Source of the DNA: Burkholderiales bacterium
GTDB lineage: Bacteria; Pseudomonadota; Gammaproteobacteria; Burkholderiales; SG8-39
NCBI GenBank assembly: GCA_049651845.1
Contig: JBASCW010000038.1
Span: forward strand, 3,543 to 67,542
Reading direction: 5' to 3'
DNA length: 64,000 nt
In this document: positions 9,235-17,658 of the stretch, in pieces
Layout of the letters: every line of letters starts with the position of its first letter
Position numbering within the stretch: position 1 is the stretch's first letter
The notes under the pieces: generated by a model
The model's input: only the letters and a program-made list of their open reading frames with translations
Databases searched by the model: none
Told to the model about the DNA's origin: nothing
Program-made: the position numbers and the translations under genes

Positions 9235-10139
9235 GGCACGTTGTTCACATGTATCGCATGATAGAGGTTCACGCTTTCGGTGTCGCCGCGCGAATCCTGC
9301 ATGCTCAACTGCAGCGACATGGTCAGCAGGCCCGCCCCTTCCGACCCCAGGCTGGCGTCGAACTCCATGGTGCAGGCGGTCACGCCGGTCGCCAGCAGCG
9401 CGCCGGTGCCGGCCGGCGGGGCGGGCTGCCCGGCGGATATCGCGTAGCCCGAGAAGCGGGTCAGAGTGCCGACGCCGGCCGCGGGATTGCATGCGTAGGT
9501 TACCGGGCCCTCGATGACGAAGAAGCGACGGCCGGGGGATTCATACGTGAAGGTGTGGTTGGCGATCTGGATCCGGTCCTCGCCGGTGCCGGCCGTTGCC
9601 GAGACGATCTGGCTCTTGTTGCCTCCCGTGCCGGGATATTCATAGGCATTCGCGTTTGCGGTGCCCGGCGGCAGGTTGAAGACGACCACGAAATCGTTCG
9701 TGGTCACCTGCGCAATGTTGGGAATGTTCCCGATCGTCTTGAAGCAATCGTCCGCGGTGCCGATGCCGAGCACATCCAGCGCCGGGTCGAATCCAGCCCC
9801 ATTCGGGCAGCCCGTGGTAGTGGACACGTCGTTTTCGAATCGATAGCGCCCGGCCGTGCGCACCAGGAGCAGCTCGAGGTAGGTAACGCCACCCGCGGTA
9901 GTCACGCGGACGCTGTTGGGCAGGGCCAGCCGCACGTCGCGGCCCATGCGCCGCAATGCGGTGTCCGCTGTGTCGGCGAGCGCAGCACGGCGGCTGGTGT
10001 CGATATACGAGCGCACGGGTGCGACGAACTGAAGAATGATCGCGCCGAGAATGCCGGTCACGGCGATCACGATTACAAGCTCGATCAGGGTGACGCCGAG
10101 ACTGCGCGCGTGCGCTGCGGGGCGTAGCCGGAGTCTCAT
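9231..10139 (-). CDS. mshO: MshO-like minor (pseudo)pilin
   Basis: 302 aa with a prepilin-type N-terminus, SLG|VTLIELVIVIAVTGIL (Gly-1, Glu+5). Confidence 0.6.
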   Translation of the reverse strand: MRLRLRPAAHARSLGVTLIELVIVIAVTGILGAIILQFVAPVRSYIDTSRRAALADTADTALRRMGRDVRLALPNSVRVTTAGGVTYLELLLVRTAGRYRFENDVSTTTGCPNGAGFDPALDVLGIGTADDCFKTIGNIPNIAQVTTNDFVVVFNLPPGTANANAYEYPGTGGNKSQIVSATAGTGEDRIQIANHTFTYESPGRRFFVIEGPVTYACNPAAGVGTLTRFSGYAISAGQPAPPAGTGALLATGVTACTMEFDASLGSEGAGLLTMSLQLSMQDSRGDTESVNLYHAIHVNNVP

Positions 10140-10708
10140 GGCAGCGCGTTCGGCGCGTAGCGGGTGCGGTAGCCTTCGAGCGTTGTCGAGATGCTCCCCG
10201 GACCAGTCACCGTGACGCTGATGCGCAGCGCCTCCGCATTCGCAGGTACACCCAAGCCCAAATCCGACCCTGCCAGCGTGATACCGATAGACGCCGAATA
10301 AGCGCCAAGCCCAGGAACGGTGGTATTGCCGAAATTCTGAATGCCGGACGTCATTGCGAAGCCGTGATAGTCACTGACATTGTCGAAACGCAACGTCGTG
10401 CTGTACCGCGTTTCGGCGCCTTCCGCGCCGAGCCCCTCGACGGTGGCGCAGTCCCCGGTCCCGCTCGCGGTCGGCGCCGCTGGGTCGTCCGGATCGCAGA
10501 AAGTGAACGGCATGAGCGACACTTCGTCCATCAGCGACTCGGCGATCGCCAGCACCTGCTTGCGCACCTGGGGGTCGGCGCTCGCCGCGGTAATGGTGTT
10601 GAAGGCGGCGAACAGCCCGGCCATCGCCACGCCGACGATGACGATGAAGACGATGAGCTCGACCAGCGTGACGCCCCCGCAATTCTCCCGGCCTAGCCTA
10701 GTGGACAT
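10136..10708 (-). CDS. mshD: MshD-like minor pilin
   Basis: 190 aa with the prepilin-type N-terminus CGG|VTLVELIVFIVIVGV. It has a 4-nt overlap with the next gene. Confidence 0.55.
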   Translation of the reverse strand: MSTRLGRENCGGVTLVELIVFIVIVGVAMAGLFAAFNTITAASADPQVRKQVLAIAESLMDEVSLMPFTFCDPDDPAAPTASGTGDCATVEGLGAEGAETRYSTTLRFDNVSDYHGFAMTSGIQNFGNTTVPGLGAYSASIGITLAGSDLGLGVPANAEALRISVTVTGPGSISTTLEGYRTRYAPNALP

Positions 10709-11174
10709 AGCCGGTCTCGGCTTCGACGGTGATGGTGATCGGCGAGATGTCGCCGCCGCTGACGATGATCGTGCCGCCGGCGCTCGGTTTGCCGAGCGCG
10801 CTGAATGTGAACGAGCCGCCGGACAGCGTGCCCGAGATCGCGGCGCCGGAAGGTTTGCCGACGGTGAAGTCGTCGGTGCCCGGAGGCATTTGTACCGGCT
10901 CGCTGATGGGCGCCGGGTAGGTCAGCGACACTGCGCTCGCCGACACGGTGACGGTGACGTTGCGTCGCTGGCTGATCGCGATCTTCTGCGCGTAGCGGAT
11001 CGCCGCCCGGACCTGGTTGGCGTAGCCCTCGGTGTCGAAGCTGGCCGTGTTGATGCGCGCGACGGCGAACGCGGCGAGGATGGTCGCGATCCCGATCACC
11101 ACCACCAGTTCGATGAGCGTGAACCCGAGACTCGGTCGATGGGTGATTACCACTGGTCGATTCAGGATGCGCAC
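10698..11174 (-). CDS. mshC: MshC-like / GspH-FimT-like minor pilin
   Basis: Prepilin motif SLG|FTLIELVVVIGIA. There is no ATG, so I place the start at the in-frame GTG at 11174, just after the upstream stop (11179-11181). The track ORF to 11468 overlaps the upstream gene. Confidence 0.5.
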   Translation of the reverse strand: MRILNRPVVITHRPSLGFTLIELVVVIGIATILAAFAVARINTASFDTEGYANQVRAAIRYAQKIAISQRRNVTVTVSASAVSLTYPAPISEPVQMPPGTDDFTVGKPSGAAISGTLSGGSFTFSALGKPSAGGTIIVSGGDISPITITVEAETGYVH

Positions 11175-11178
11175 GCGT

Positions 11179-12942
11179 TCAGAGCTCCACCGCCAGCCGG
11201 CGCGCGAAGTTCGACTCAGGATATTTCTCCGCGAGCGCGCGCGCAAGGACTTGTGCCCGCTGCTTCTCACCCGCGAAGGCGAGCGAGCGAACGAGCTCGG
11301 CCTGCACCGCAAGGCTCTGCGGCCGCAACCGGGCGGCGTTCTCGGACCACGACAGGACTTCCGCTGGCGGTGCGCGGTCCTTGAGCAGCTCGCCATGCTT
11401 GCGGTGCAGTTCCGCCCGGCCGAGCAGGTTGGCCACCTCGTAGGGATGGACGCGGGTGCCTTCCGCAAACAGCGCGTCGGCCTGCTCCGCGAGCTGCGGA
11501 TTGCGCGTCATGATCGCCTGCTGTCGCCAGATCGTCGCCTCGGCCCAGTAATGCGCGGGGTGGCGAGGCTCAAGGCGGCGCGCCACGGACTGCCAGTAAA
11601 GCGCGTCGCGTGCCTCGCCTTGCCTGAGCAGCACGATGCTGCGCAGCACTGCGAATTCCGCGATCATGGGCTGCGCAAGCCAGAGCAGCGCTGCGAGCGC
11701 CAGGGTCCAGCGGATCGGCGGCGACAGGGTACGCGCTGCCACATTGAAAGATAGCGAGGCAGGTTCGATGCCGGGTTCGCCTGAAACTCTCGCCAGCGTG
11801 CCGAGATAGGCTCCGATCAGCATCAGAATGAACGGAATATAGAAGGGGAAATCCACGACTGCGTGCGCGAAACAGGGCGCGAGCGCGGCGCCGCACACCA
11901 GCGGCAGCGGATCCGCCGGCGCGCGGCGAAATGCGCGCAGCGCAATCCACAGCGCCGATGCGCCCAATGCGACCAGCAGGACCAGGCCAAGCGCACCGAA
12001 CTCCAGCCAGGCCTGCAGGTAGTCATTGTGCGTGTAGAAATAGATGGAATCACGCAGCTCGGCGGACTTCACCGTTTCGAACAGTGGAAAGAACATGTTC
12101 GCGCCGTAGCCCAGGAGCGGGCGCTCGAGGATGAAGTCGAGTGTCGCGGCATAAAGTTCGGGCCGCTCCGCCATGCCGCGCCCGACCCAGACTTCGGCCA
12201 CCGCCGCGCGCGCCGCGCCGCCTTCTTCGAATCCCCAGCCCGGCAGCTGCAGCATGCCGGCCGCGGCGACCGCGATCCAGACCGCGATGCAGCCCGCGAG
12301 CAGGTGCAGGACCCTGCGCTGCTCCCGGCGCAGCGTCTTCAGGCCGAGGCATAGCGCCAGATAGGCCAGGCCCGCCATCCAGGCGAGCAGGCCGCCGCGA
12401 CTCTGGGATGCGGCCAAGCCCGCGAACAGCCAGAGCACGAGCGCGAAACTGCGTCCCGACCCGCGCAGCACGTACAACGCCGACAGCGGCAGCAGGAACA
12501 TGTTGATCGCGGTCGCGAAACTGTTCGGCGTGACGAAGGTGGCCGCCGCCCGCAGCGGGTTCTCGGGCAATCGCCAGACGAGGCCGTCGAGGCTCCAGAT
12601 ACTGAAGAAGTGCTGCAACAGCCCGAGCAGCACCAGCGCGCTCGCGAGGGCAACGCCCGCGCCGAACAATTCCTCCGCGCGCTCGCGGCCGATGCTGGCG
12701 AACACCGCGAACGCGCCAAGCAGCATCAGAGGCTGGTAGACGCCCTCTGCTGCGTAGACCGGGGAAACGGCCAGCGCGTTGACGAGCAGCCATCCGCCAT
12801 AGAGAACGGTCAGAAGGCCGAGCGCGTTCAACGCCGGCAGCCGCCAAGGCGTCCAGGCGGCCGCTAGCAGCGCGATGCCCGCCCACTGATACAAGCGATC
12901 GGTAAAAAGCGAAGCCGCGAGCAACGCGAGGGCCGCGCCCAA
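11179..12942 (-). CDS. O-antigen-ligase-like (Wzy_C-type) polytopic membrane protein with a C-terminal TPR-like domain; TfpO/PglL-like candidate pilin O-oligosaccharyltransferase
   Basis: About 400 aa of TM helices carry the Wzy_C-type signature FYTHNDYLQAWLEFGALGLVLL, followed by about 170 aa of helical repeats. It lies immediately downstream of the major pilin gene. The start is uncertain: the track start (TTG at 12987) would include a terminator hairpin, so I used the in-frame TTG at 12942. Confidence 0.65.
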   Translation of the reverse strand: MGAALALLAASLFTDRLYQWAGIALLAAAWTPWRLPALNALGLLTVLYGGWLLVNALAVSPVYAAEGVYQPLMLLGAFAVFASIGRERAEELFGAGVALASALVLLGLLQHFFSIWSLDGLVWRLPENPLRAAATFVTPNSFATAINMFLLPLSALYVLRGSGRSFALVLWLFAGLAASQSRGGLLAWMAGLAYLALCLGLKTLRREQRRVLHLLAGCIAVWIAVAAAGMLQLPGWGFEEGGAARAAVAEVWVGRGMAERPELYAATLDFILERPLLGYGANMFFPLFETVKSAELRDSIYFYTHNDYLQAWLEFGALGLVLLVALGASALWIALRAFRRAPADPLPLVCGAALAPCFAHAVVDFPFYIPFILMLIGAYLGTLARVSGEPGIEPASLSFNVAARTLSPPIRWTLALAALLWLAQPMIAEFAVLRSIVLLRQGEARDALYWQSVARRLEPRHPAHYWAEATIWRQQAIMTRNPQLAEQADALFAEGTRVHPYEVANLLGRAELHRKHGELLKDRAPPAEVLSWSENAARLRPQSLAVQAELVRSLAFAGEKQRAQVLARALAEKYPESNFARRLAVEL

Positions 12943-12972
12943 AACAAAAAGGGAGGGCCTGTCGGCCCTCCC
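12941..12972 (-). terminator. Rho-independent terminator/attenuator downstream of the mshA-like pilin gene
   Basis: The minus strand reads GGGAGGGCC-gaca-GGCCCTCCC followed by TTTTTGTTTT. It begins 27 nt after the pilin stop codon. Confidence 0.8.
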
Positions 12973-12998
12973 TTCAGCATTGCGCAATCCCGCTTCCG

Positions 12999-13337
12999 CT
13001 AGATGCAGTAGTCGCTGCTGATAGTGACCGTGGTCGACGCCGTCGTCGTGCCGTATTGAACCAAGATATTGCAGCCGCTTGGGTTGGTCACGGACACGGC
13101 AGAATCATAGTCGGTCGCCAAGATGATATTGGCCGCGGAGTTCTTGCTCCCCTGGTTCTTCGCATAGAGGAGCACGGCTGCCGACCTCACTGCGGCAGCG
13201 GTGCCGTTCACAACCGCCTGCCTCGCGTCGCCGGAGAGGTCCTGGAACTTGGGAAACGCGACCGCGGCGAGGATGCCGAGGATCACGATGACCACCACCA
13301 GCTCGATGATGGTGAAACCTTTCTGCTGCTTGACCAT
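12999..13337 (-). CDS. mshA: Type IVa major pilin, MshA-like
   Basis: 112 aa with leader MVKQQKG|FTIIELVVVIVILGILAAVAFPKF. It has a C-terminal Cys pair (SGC...DYCI), a Ser/Thr-rich C-terminus, and a GGAGA Shine-Dalgarno sequence (SD) 7 nt upstream of the ATG. Confidence 0.8.
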   Translation of the reverse strand: MVKQQKGFTIIELVVVIVILGILAAVAFPKFQDLSGDARQAVVNGTAAAVRSAAVLLYAKNQGSKNSAANIILATDYDSAVSVTNPSGCNILVQYGTTTASTTVTISSDYCI

Positions 13338-13538
13338 GGGATGGTCTCCTATGTGTGCCCTCTTGGCGAGCCGCAGCCCGCCGCCAGAACGTTGAAAAGC
13401 CTCCTGCTTCTACTGCACCCGCGGCCGCAGCCGCCGGTTCAACACCAAATCATTGTATCACTGCGGCAATTATGACGCTGGTCCAACCGATGCCACGCGT
13501 CGCGCATTGCATCACCATTCGCACGATTCCTGAACTTC

Positions 13539-14030
13539 TCAGCAGCCGCCCACATCGACCACGACCGTGGGCGAGGTGTTGATCGCAACCGGCTCCGTGT
13601 AGGTCACACGGCAATTCGGCGTCGTGCCGCCGTTGATATCGATGGTGACCGAGGTTCCGACGACCGTCACGGTGACGCCGTCGGCGGTCGGATTGATCTG
13701 CGTGGCGAGAATGATGCCGCCCGGCGACACGGTTGAAATGTTGGCGACCGGGTAGCCGTTGATCATGTTGACGATGGCGCCCTCCATGTTCACCGAGCCG
13801 CCGGTCTGCGTGCAGGTGCCGCCGACGTTGGCAAGGCAGCCGCCGTGCGCGAGCACCGCGGCGGAGCGGATCGCGCCGAAGATCGCCTGCGCCTTGGCCG
13901 CGCGCGCCTGGGTCTGCATCGCGATGAAGCGCGGCAGCGCCACCGCGGCGAGGATGCCGACGATGGCGATCACCACCACCAGCTCGATCAGCGTGAAACC
14001 GCCGTCGGTCTTCGACTTTGCTGCATGCAT
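13539..14030 (-). CDS. mshB: Type IVa pilin, MshB-like
   Basis: 163 aa from the ATG at 14030, with MHAAKSKTDGG|FTLIELVVVIAIVGILAAVALPRF. The track ORF is extended by 19 codons. Confidence 0.75.
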   Translation of the reverse strand: MHAAKSKTDGGFTLIELVVVIAIVGILAAVALPRFIAMQTQARAAKAQAIFGAIRSAAVLAHGGCLANVGGTCTQTGGSVNMEGAIVNMINGYPVANISTVSPGGIILATQINPTADGVTVTVVGTSVTIDINGGTTPNCRVTYTEPVAINTSPTVVVDVGGC

Positions 14031-14044
14031 ACGCCACGACTCCT

Positions 14045-14557
14045 CTAGAACCACCGGTAGGGCTGTACCGGCTCGAGGCGCGCCCATTGCGGCAGACCTC
14101 GTTCACCGGGTACCAGAACGACGTGCCAGGCGACCCGCTTTCGCCCCTTCTCGTCCGGGGTGAAATTCTCCCCCAAATCAACGAAGTATACGACTTCCCT
14201 TGAATGCTTGTCGAAGTACCAGTTGCCCGTGACAACTTCTTGCAGCCCGGGACCGGTCAGGACGCCGACATAATTCTGCGGCTTGCGGGCGAGCAGCTCC
14301 ATCGGATTCCCGGCCGCCAGCTCGGCGATCTCCTTGAAGCGGTTCTCCAAGGCGAGCTCGGCGACGCGCAGCTGCACGCTCGAGCGTAGGTCCTGCGCCA
14401 CCTGCTCCATGGCCGCTTTCTCCGCGCGCTCGCGGTAGTAAAGCGCGCGATCGAGGAACACCGCCATCAGCACCGCCACCAGCGTGAGCGAGATGACCAG
14501 CTCGAGCAGGCTGAAGCCGTCGGCCCGGCGCTCGGTGCGTTGGATGGCGCGGGGCAT
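14045..14557 (-). CDS. MshF-like protein with a prepilin-type N-terminus
   Basis: 170 aa with ADG|FSLLELVISLTLVAV. It occupies the position after mshG, as mshF does in Vibrio. Confidence 0.5.
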   Translation of the reverse strand: MPRAIQRTERRADGFSLLELVISLTLVAVLMAVFLDRALYYRERAEKAAMEQVAQDLRSSVQLRVAELALENRFKEIAELAAGNPMELLARKPQNYVGVLTGPGLQEVVTGNWYFDKHSREVVYFVDLGENFTPDEKGRKRVAWHVVLVPGERGLPQWARLEPVQPYRWF

Positions 14558-14569
14558 CGCGCGCGTGCG

Positions 14570-15799
14570 CTACTTGGAGATCGCGGCCTTGCCGAGGTCC
14601 CAGATCGGCAGGAACACGCCCAGAGCGAGCACCAGCACCAGGCCGCCCAGGCCGACGATCAGGATCGGCTCGATCTGCTGCGCCAGTGTCTTCACTTCGT
14701 ACTGGACATCGTTCTCGTAAAGATCCGCGACTTCGCGCAGCAGGCTGTCGAGCTCGCCGGTCTCGTCGCCCACCGCGATCATCTGCAGCACGACCGTGGT
14801 GAAGATGCCCGCGGCCACCGCCGTGCGCAGCACGCTTTCGCCGCGCTCGACACCGTCGCGCATCTGCTCGATGCGCAGGCCGATGTAGTCGTTGTCCACG
14901 ACTTGCGCGACCGTACTGAGGGCCTGCACCACGGGCACGCCGCTTTGCAGCGCGAGCGAGAAGCTGCGCGCGAAGCGCGCCAGCGTTGCCTTGAGGATGA
15001 TCTTGCCGGCGATCGGGATCTTGAGCTTGTAGCGGTCCCAGGCGTACCTGCCCGCACGCGTCGCGATCCAGGCGCGGAAAGCGAACACCGCGCCGACCAG
15101 CACTGCGAGCTGGAGCCACCAGGTCTCCACCATGAAATTGGAGAAGCCGATCAGCAGCTTGGTGAGAAACGGCAGCTCGGCCTTGAAGCCCGCGTAGACC
15201 TTGGCGAACGCGGGAATCACGAACAGGTTCACGATCACGATGGCGCCCGCCATCGCCATCAGCACGAAGACCGGGTAGCGCACCGCCGCCTTGATGCTCT
15301 CGCGGATTTCCTTCTCGAACTCGAGGTGGTTGTAGAGGCGCAGAAACACGTTCTCGAGCTGCCCGGTCAGCTCGCCGACCCGCACCAGGCTCACGTAGAA
15401 GAACGAGAACACGTCCGGGTGCCGGCGCATCGACGCGGACAGCTCGCGGCCGCTGTCCAGGCTCACGCGGATGTCCTTGATCACCTCGACCATGGTGGGA
15501 TTGACCGCCGATTCCTGCAGGCCGGCGAGCGCCTTCAGGATCGGCACGCCGGCCTTCAGCAGCGTGTACATCTGGCGGCTGAACAGCATCAGGTCGAGCA
15601 GCGTGACCTGGCGCCGGTTGACCCGGCGCCACCACTGCGGCGCCTCGGCGCCGGCGAGGCGCTGGCTCGCGCTGATGTCCACCGGCGTGACGCCGGTGTT
15701 CATGAGCTGGTCGGCGATCACGCCGGCATCGGCGCCTTCAAGGGTCCCGGTGATCAGCTCGCCGCGCGCATTGCGCCCCTTGAAATTGAAATACGGCAA
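14570..15799 (-). CDS. mshG: Type IV pilus platform protein (GspF/PilC family), MshG-like
   Basis: 409 aa with the duplicated GspF-domain architecture and three TM segments. It abuts the mshE stop. Confidence 0.9.
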   Translation of the reverse strand: MPYFNFKGRNARGELITGTLEGADAGVIADQLMNTGVTPVDISASQRLAGAEAPQWWRRVNRRQVTLLDLMLFSRQMYTLLKAGVPILKALAGLQESAVNPTMVEVIKDIRVSLDSGRELSASMRRHPDVFSFFYVSLVRVGELTGQLENVFLRLYNHLEFEKEIRESIKAAVRYPVFVLMAMAGAIVIVNLFVIPAFAKVYAGFKAELPFLTKLLIGFSNFMVETWWLQLAVLVGAVFAFRAWIATRAGRYAWDRYKLKIPIAGKIILKATLARFARSFSLALQSGVPVVQALSTVAQVVDNDYIGLRIEQMRDGVERGESVLRTAVAAGIFTTVVLQMIAVGDETGELDSLLREVADLYENDVQYEVKTLAQQIEPILIVGLGGLVLVLALGVFLPIWDLGKAAISK

Positions 15800-17503
15800 T
15801 CAGTCCTCCTGGGCGCTCGCGACGCGGATCGCCTCCGCGAGCGTGGTGCGGCCCTCGGCGGCGAGCCGGAACGCGTTGTGCCCGAGCGTCTGGCCCTGCA
15901 TCTGCCGCTTGGCGATTTCGGTGAACAGGTTGGCGTCGTTCCTGTTGGCCGCGCGCACCAGGTCAACGTGCATCTCCAGCAGCTCGTAGACGCCGATGCG
16001 CCCCTGGAAGCCGGTGCCGTTGCAGTTCGAACAGCCCCTGCCGTGCATGTAGCGCGCCTCGGGCGCCGCCTCGCCTGCCGCGTGGACCACGAGCCAGCGC
16101 TGCTCGGCCTCGTCGGGGCGGCGCGGCTCGCCGCAGCTCTCGCATACCAGGCGCACGAGGCGCTGCGCGAGCACCGCGTGCACCGAAGTCGCGACCATGT
16201 AGTGCGGCGCGCCCATGTCGATCAGACGGATCGGCGTGCTGATCGCGTCCTTGGTGTGCAGCGTCGAGAGCACGAGGTGCCCGGTGAGCGCCGCGCGCAG
16301 GCCGATCTGCGCGGTCTCCTCGTCGCGCATCTCGCCGACCAGGATGATGTCCGGGTCCTGCCGCAGCGCCGAGCGCAGCACGCGCGCGAAAGTGAGCTCG
16401 ATCTTCTCGTTGATCTGCACCTGGTTGATGCCCGGCAGCCGGTACTCGACCGGGTCCTCGACCGTGATGATCTTCCTGTCTACCGAGTTCAGCTCCGACA
16501 GCGCCGCGTACAGCGTCGTCGTCTTGCCGCTGCCGGTGGGCCCGGTGACCAGGATCATGGCGTTGGTGCGCCGGATCAGCTCGCGGAAGCGCGCGAGCAT
16601 CGCCGCCGGCATGCCCACGTGGTCCAGCCCGAGCAGCCCCGACTTCTGGTTGAGCAGCCGCAGCACCACGGACTCGCCGTGCTGCGTCGGCATCGTCGAC
16701 ATGCGCACGTCGATCGGCAGGTCGCGCACGCGGATCGCGAAGCGGCCGTCCTGCGGCAACCGCTTCTCGGAGATGTCCAGCCCCGCCATCAGCTTCAGGC
16801 GCAGCACGATCGCCGGTCCGGTCTTCACGTCGGTCTCGGTCTGCGGCAGCAGCACGCCGTCGATGCGGAAGCGGATCTGCACCGTGCCTTCCTGCGGCTC
16901 GATGTGCACGTCCGAGGCGTTCACCTGCGCGGCGTCCTCGAACAACGACTGCAGGAGCTTGACCACCGGCGCGTCCTCGGCGCCGAGTCCGGCCCCGAGC
17001 GCGCCGAAGTCGATGTAGTCGCCCATGTCGCGCTCGAGCTCCCTGGCGAGCCCCGAGATCTCCTCGGTGCGCCGGTAGACGCGGTCGATGGTGTGGCTCA
17101 GCAGGCCGTCATTCACCACCGCGGTCTGGATCTCGCGCTTGAGGATGCGCGTGAGCTCGTCGAACGCGAACAGGTCGGTCGGGTCGGACATGCCGACCAG
17201 GTACTTGCCGGCGCGCTCCTCGAGCACGATGGCACGGAAGCGGCGCGCCTGCGTCTCGGGCAGGCGCCGCACGACGTCCTGCGAGATGTTGTAGAACTTC
17301 AGGTTGACGAACGGGATGTTGAGCTGGCGCGCGATCGCCTCGCAGATCTGGTCCTCGGAGACGAAGCCGAGCTCGACCAGCACGCGGCCGAGCTTGCGGC
17401 CGCTGCGCTTCTGCTGTGCGAGCGCGACGCCGAGGTTCTCCTGCGAGATCACCTTCTGCCCTACGAGGATGTCGCCGAGCCTGATCTTTTCCGGGCGTCC
17501 CAT
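15800..17503 (-). CDS. mshE: MSHA pilus extension ATPase MshE (GspE family) with an N-terminal MshEN domain
   Basis: Walker A motif GPTGSGKTT, a C-terminal tetracysteine region (CESC...CSNC), and N-terminal tandem RLGxxLV...Q motifs. The start is taken at MGRPEK (17503), preceded by a GGAG SD. Confidence 0.9.
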   Translation of the reverse strand: MGRPEKIRLGDILVGQKVISQENLGVALAQQKRSGRKLGRVLVELGFVSEDQICEAIARQLNIPFVNLKFYNISQDVVRRLPETQARRFRAIVLEERAGKYLVGMSDPTDLFAFDELTRILKREIQTAVVNDGLLSHTIDRVYRRTEEISGLARELERDMGDYIDFGALGAGLGAEDAPVVKLLQSLFEDAAQVNASDVHIEPQEGTVQIRFRIDGVLLPQTETDVKTGPAIVLRLKLMAGLDISEKRLPQDGRFAIRVRDLPIDVRMSTMPTQHGESVVLRLLNQKSGLLGLDHVGMPAAMLARFRELIRRTNAMILVTGPTGSGKTTTLYAALSELNSVDRKIITVEDPVEYRLPGINQVQINEKIELTFARVLRSALRQDPDIILVGEMRDEETAQIGLRAALTGHLVLSTLHTKDAISTPIRLIDMGAPHYMVATSVHAVLAQRLVRLVCESCGEPRRPDEAEQRWLVVHAAGEAAPEARYMHGRGCSNCNGTGFQGRIGVYELLEMHVDLVRAANRNDANLFTEIAKRQMQGQTLGHNAFRLAAEGRTTLAEAIRVASAQED

Positions 17504-17658
17504 GCCTGCTCCGTGCCGAATGCGTGCGGCGCACATTATCCGCTTTTGGCGCTTTCCCGCAGGAGTCGGCGATCCGGACGTACTTTTGCAATCGCCGTGG
17601 GGCGGGGCCCGGGCACGCTGCGCGGAGCAACCAAGTAGAATCCGCGCCAGACGCCGCC

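Noticed and set aside
13338-13538. A defined sigma-70 promoter for mshA (TACAAT, CATAAT and TTGGAC elements on the minus strand).
   Set aside because: The hexamers do not pair at 16-18-nt spacing. A promoter is likely here, but I cannot place it from sequence alone.
14540-17638. 1032-aa ORF on the plus strand.
   Set aside because: It is antisense to mshG and mshE, has low-complexity Arg/His/Asp/Leu composition, and shows no motif.
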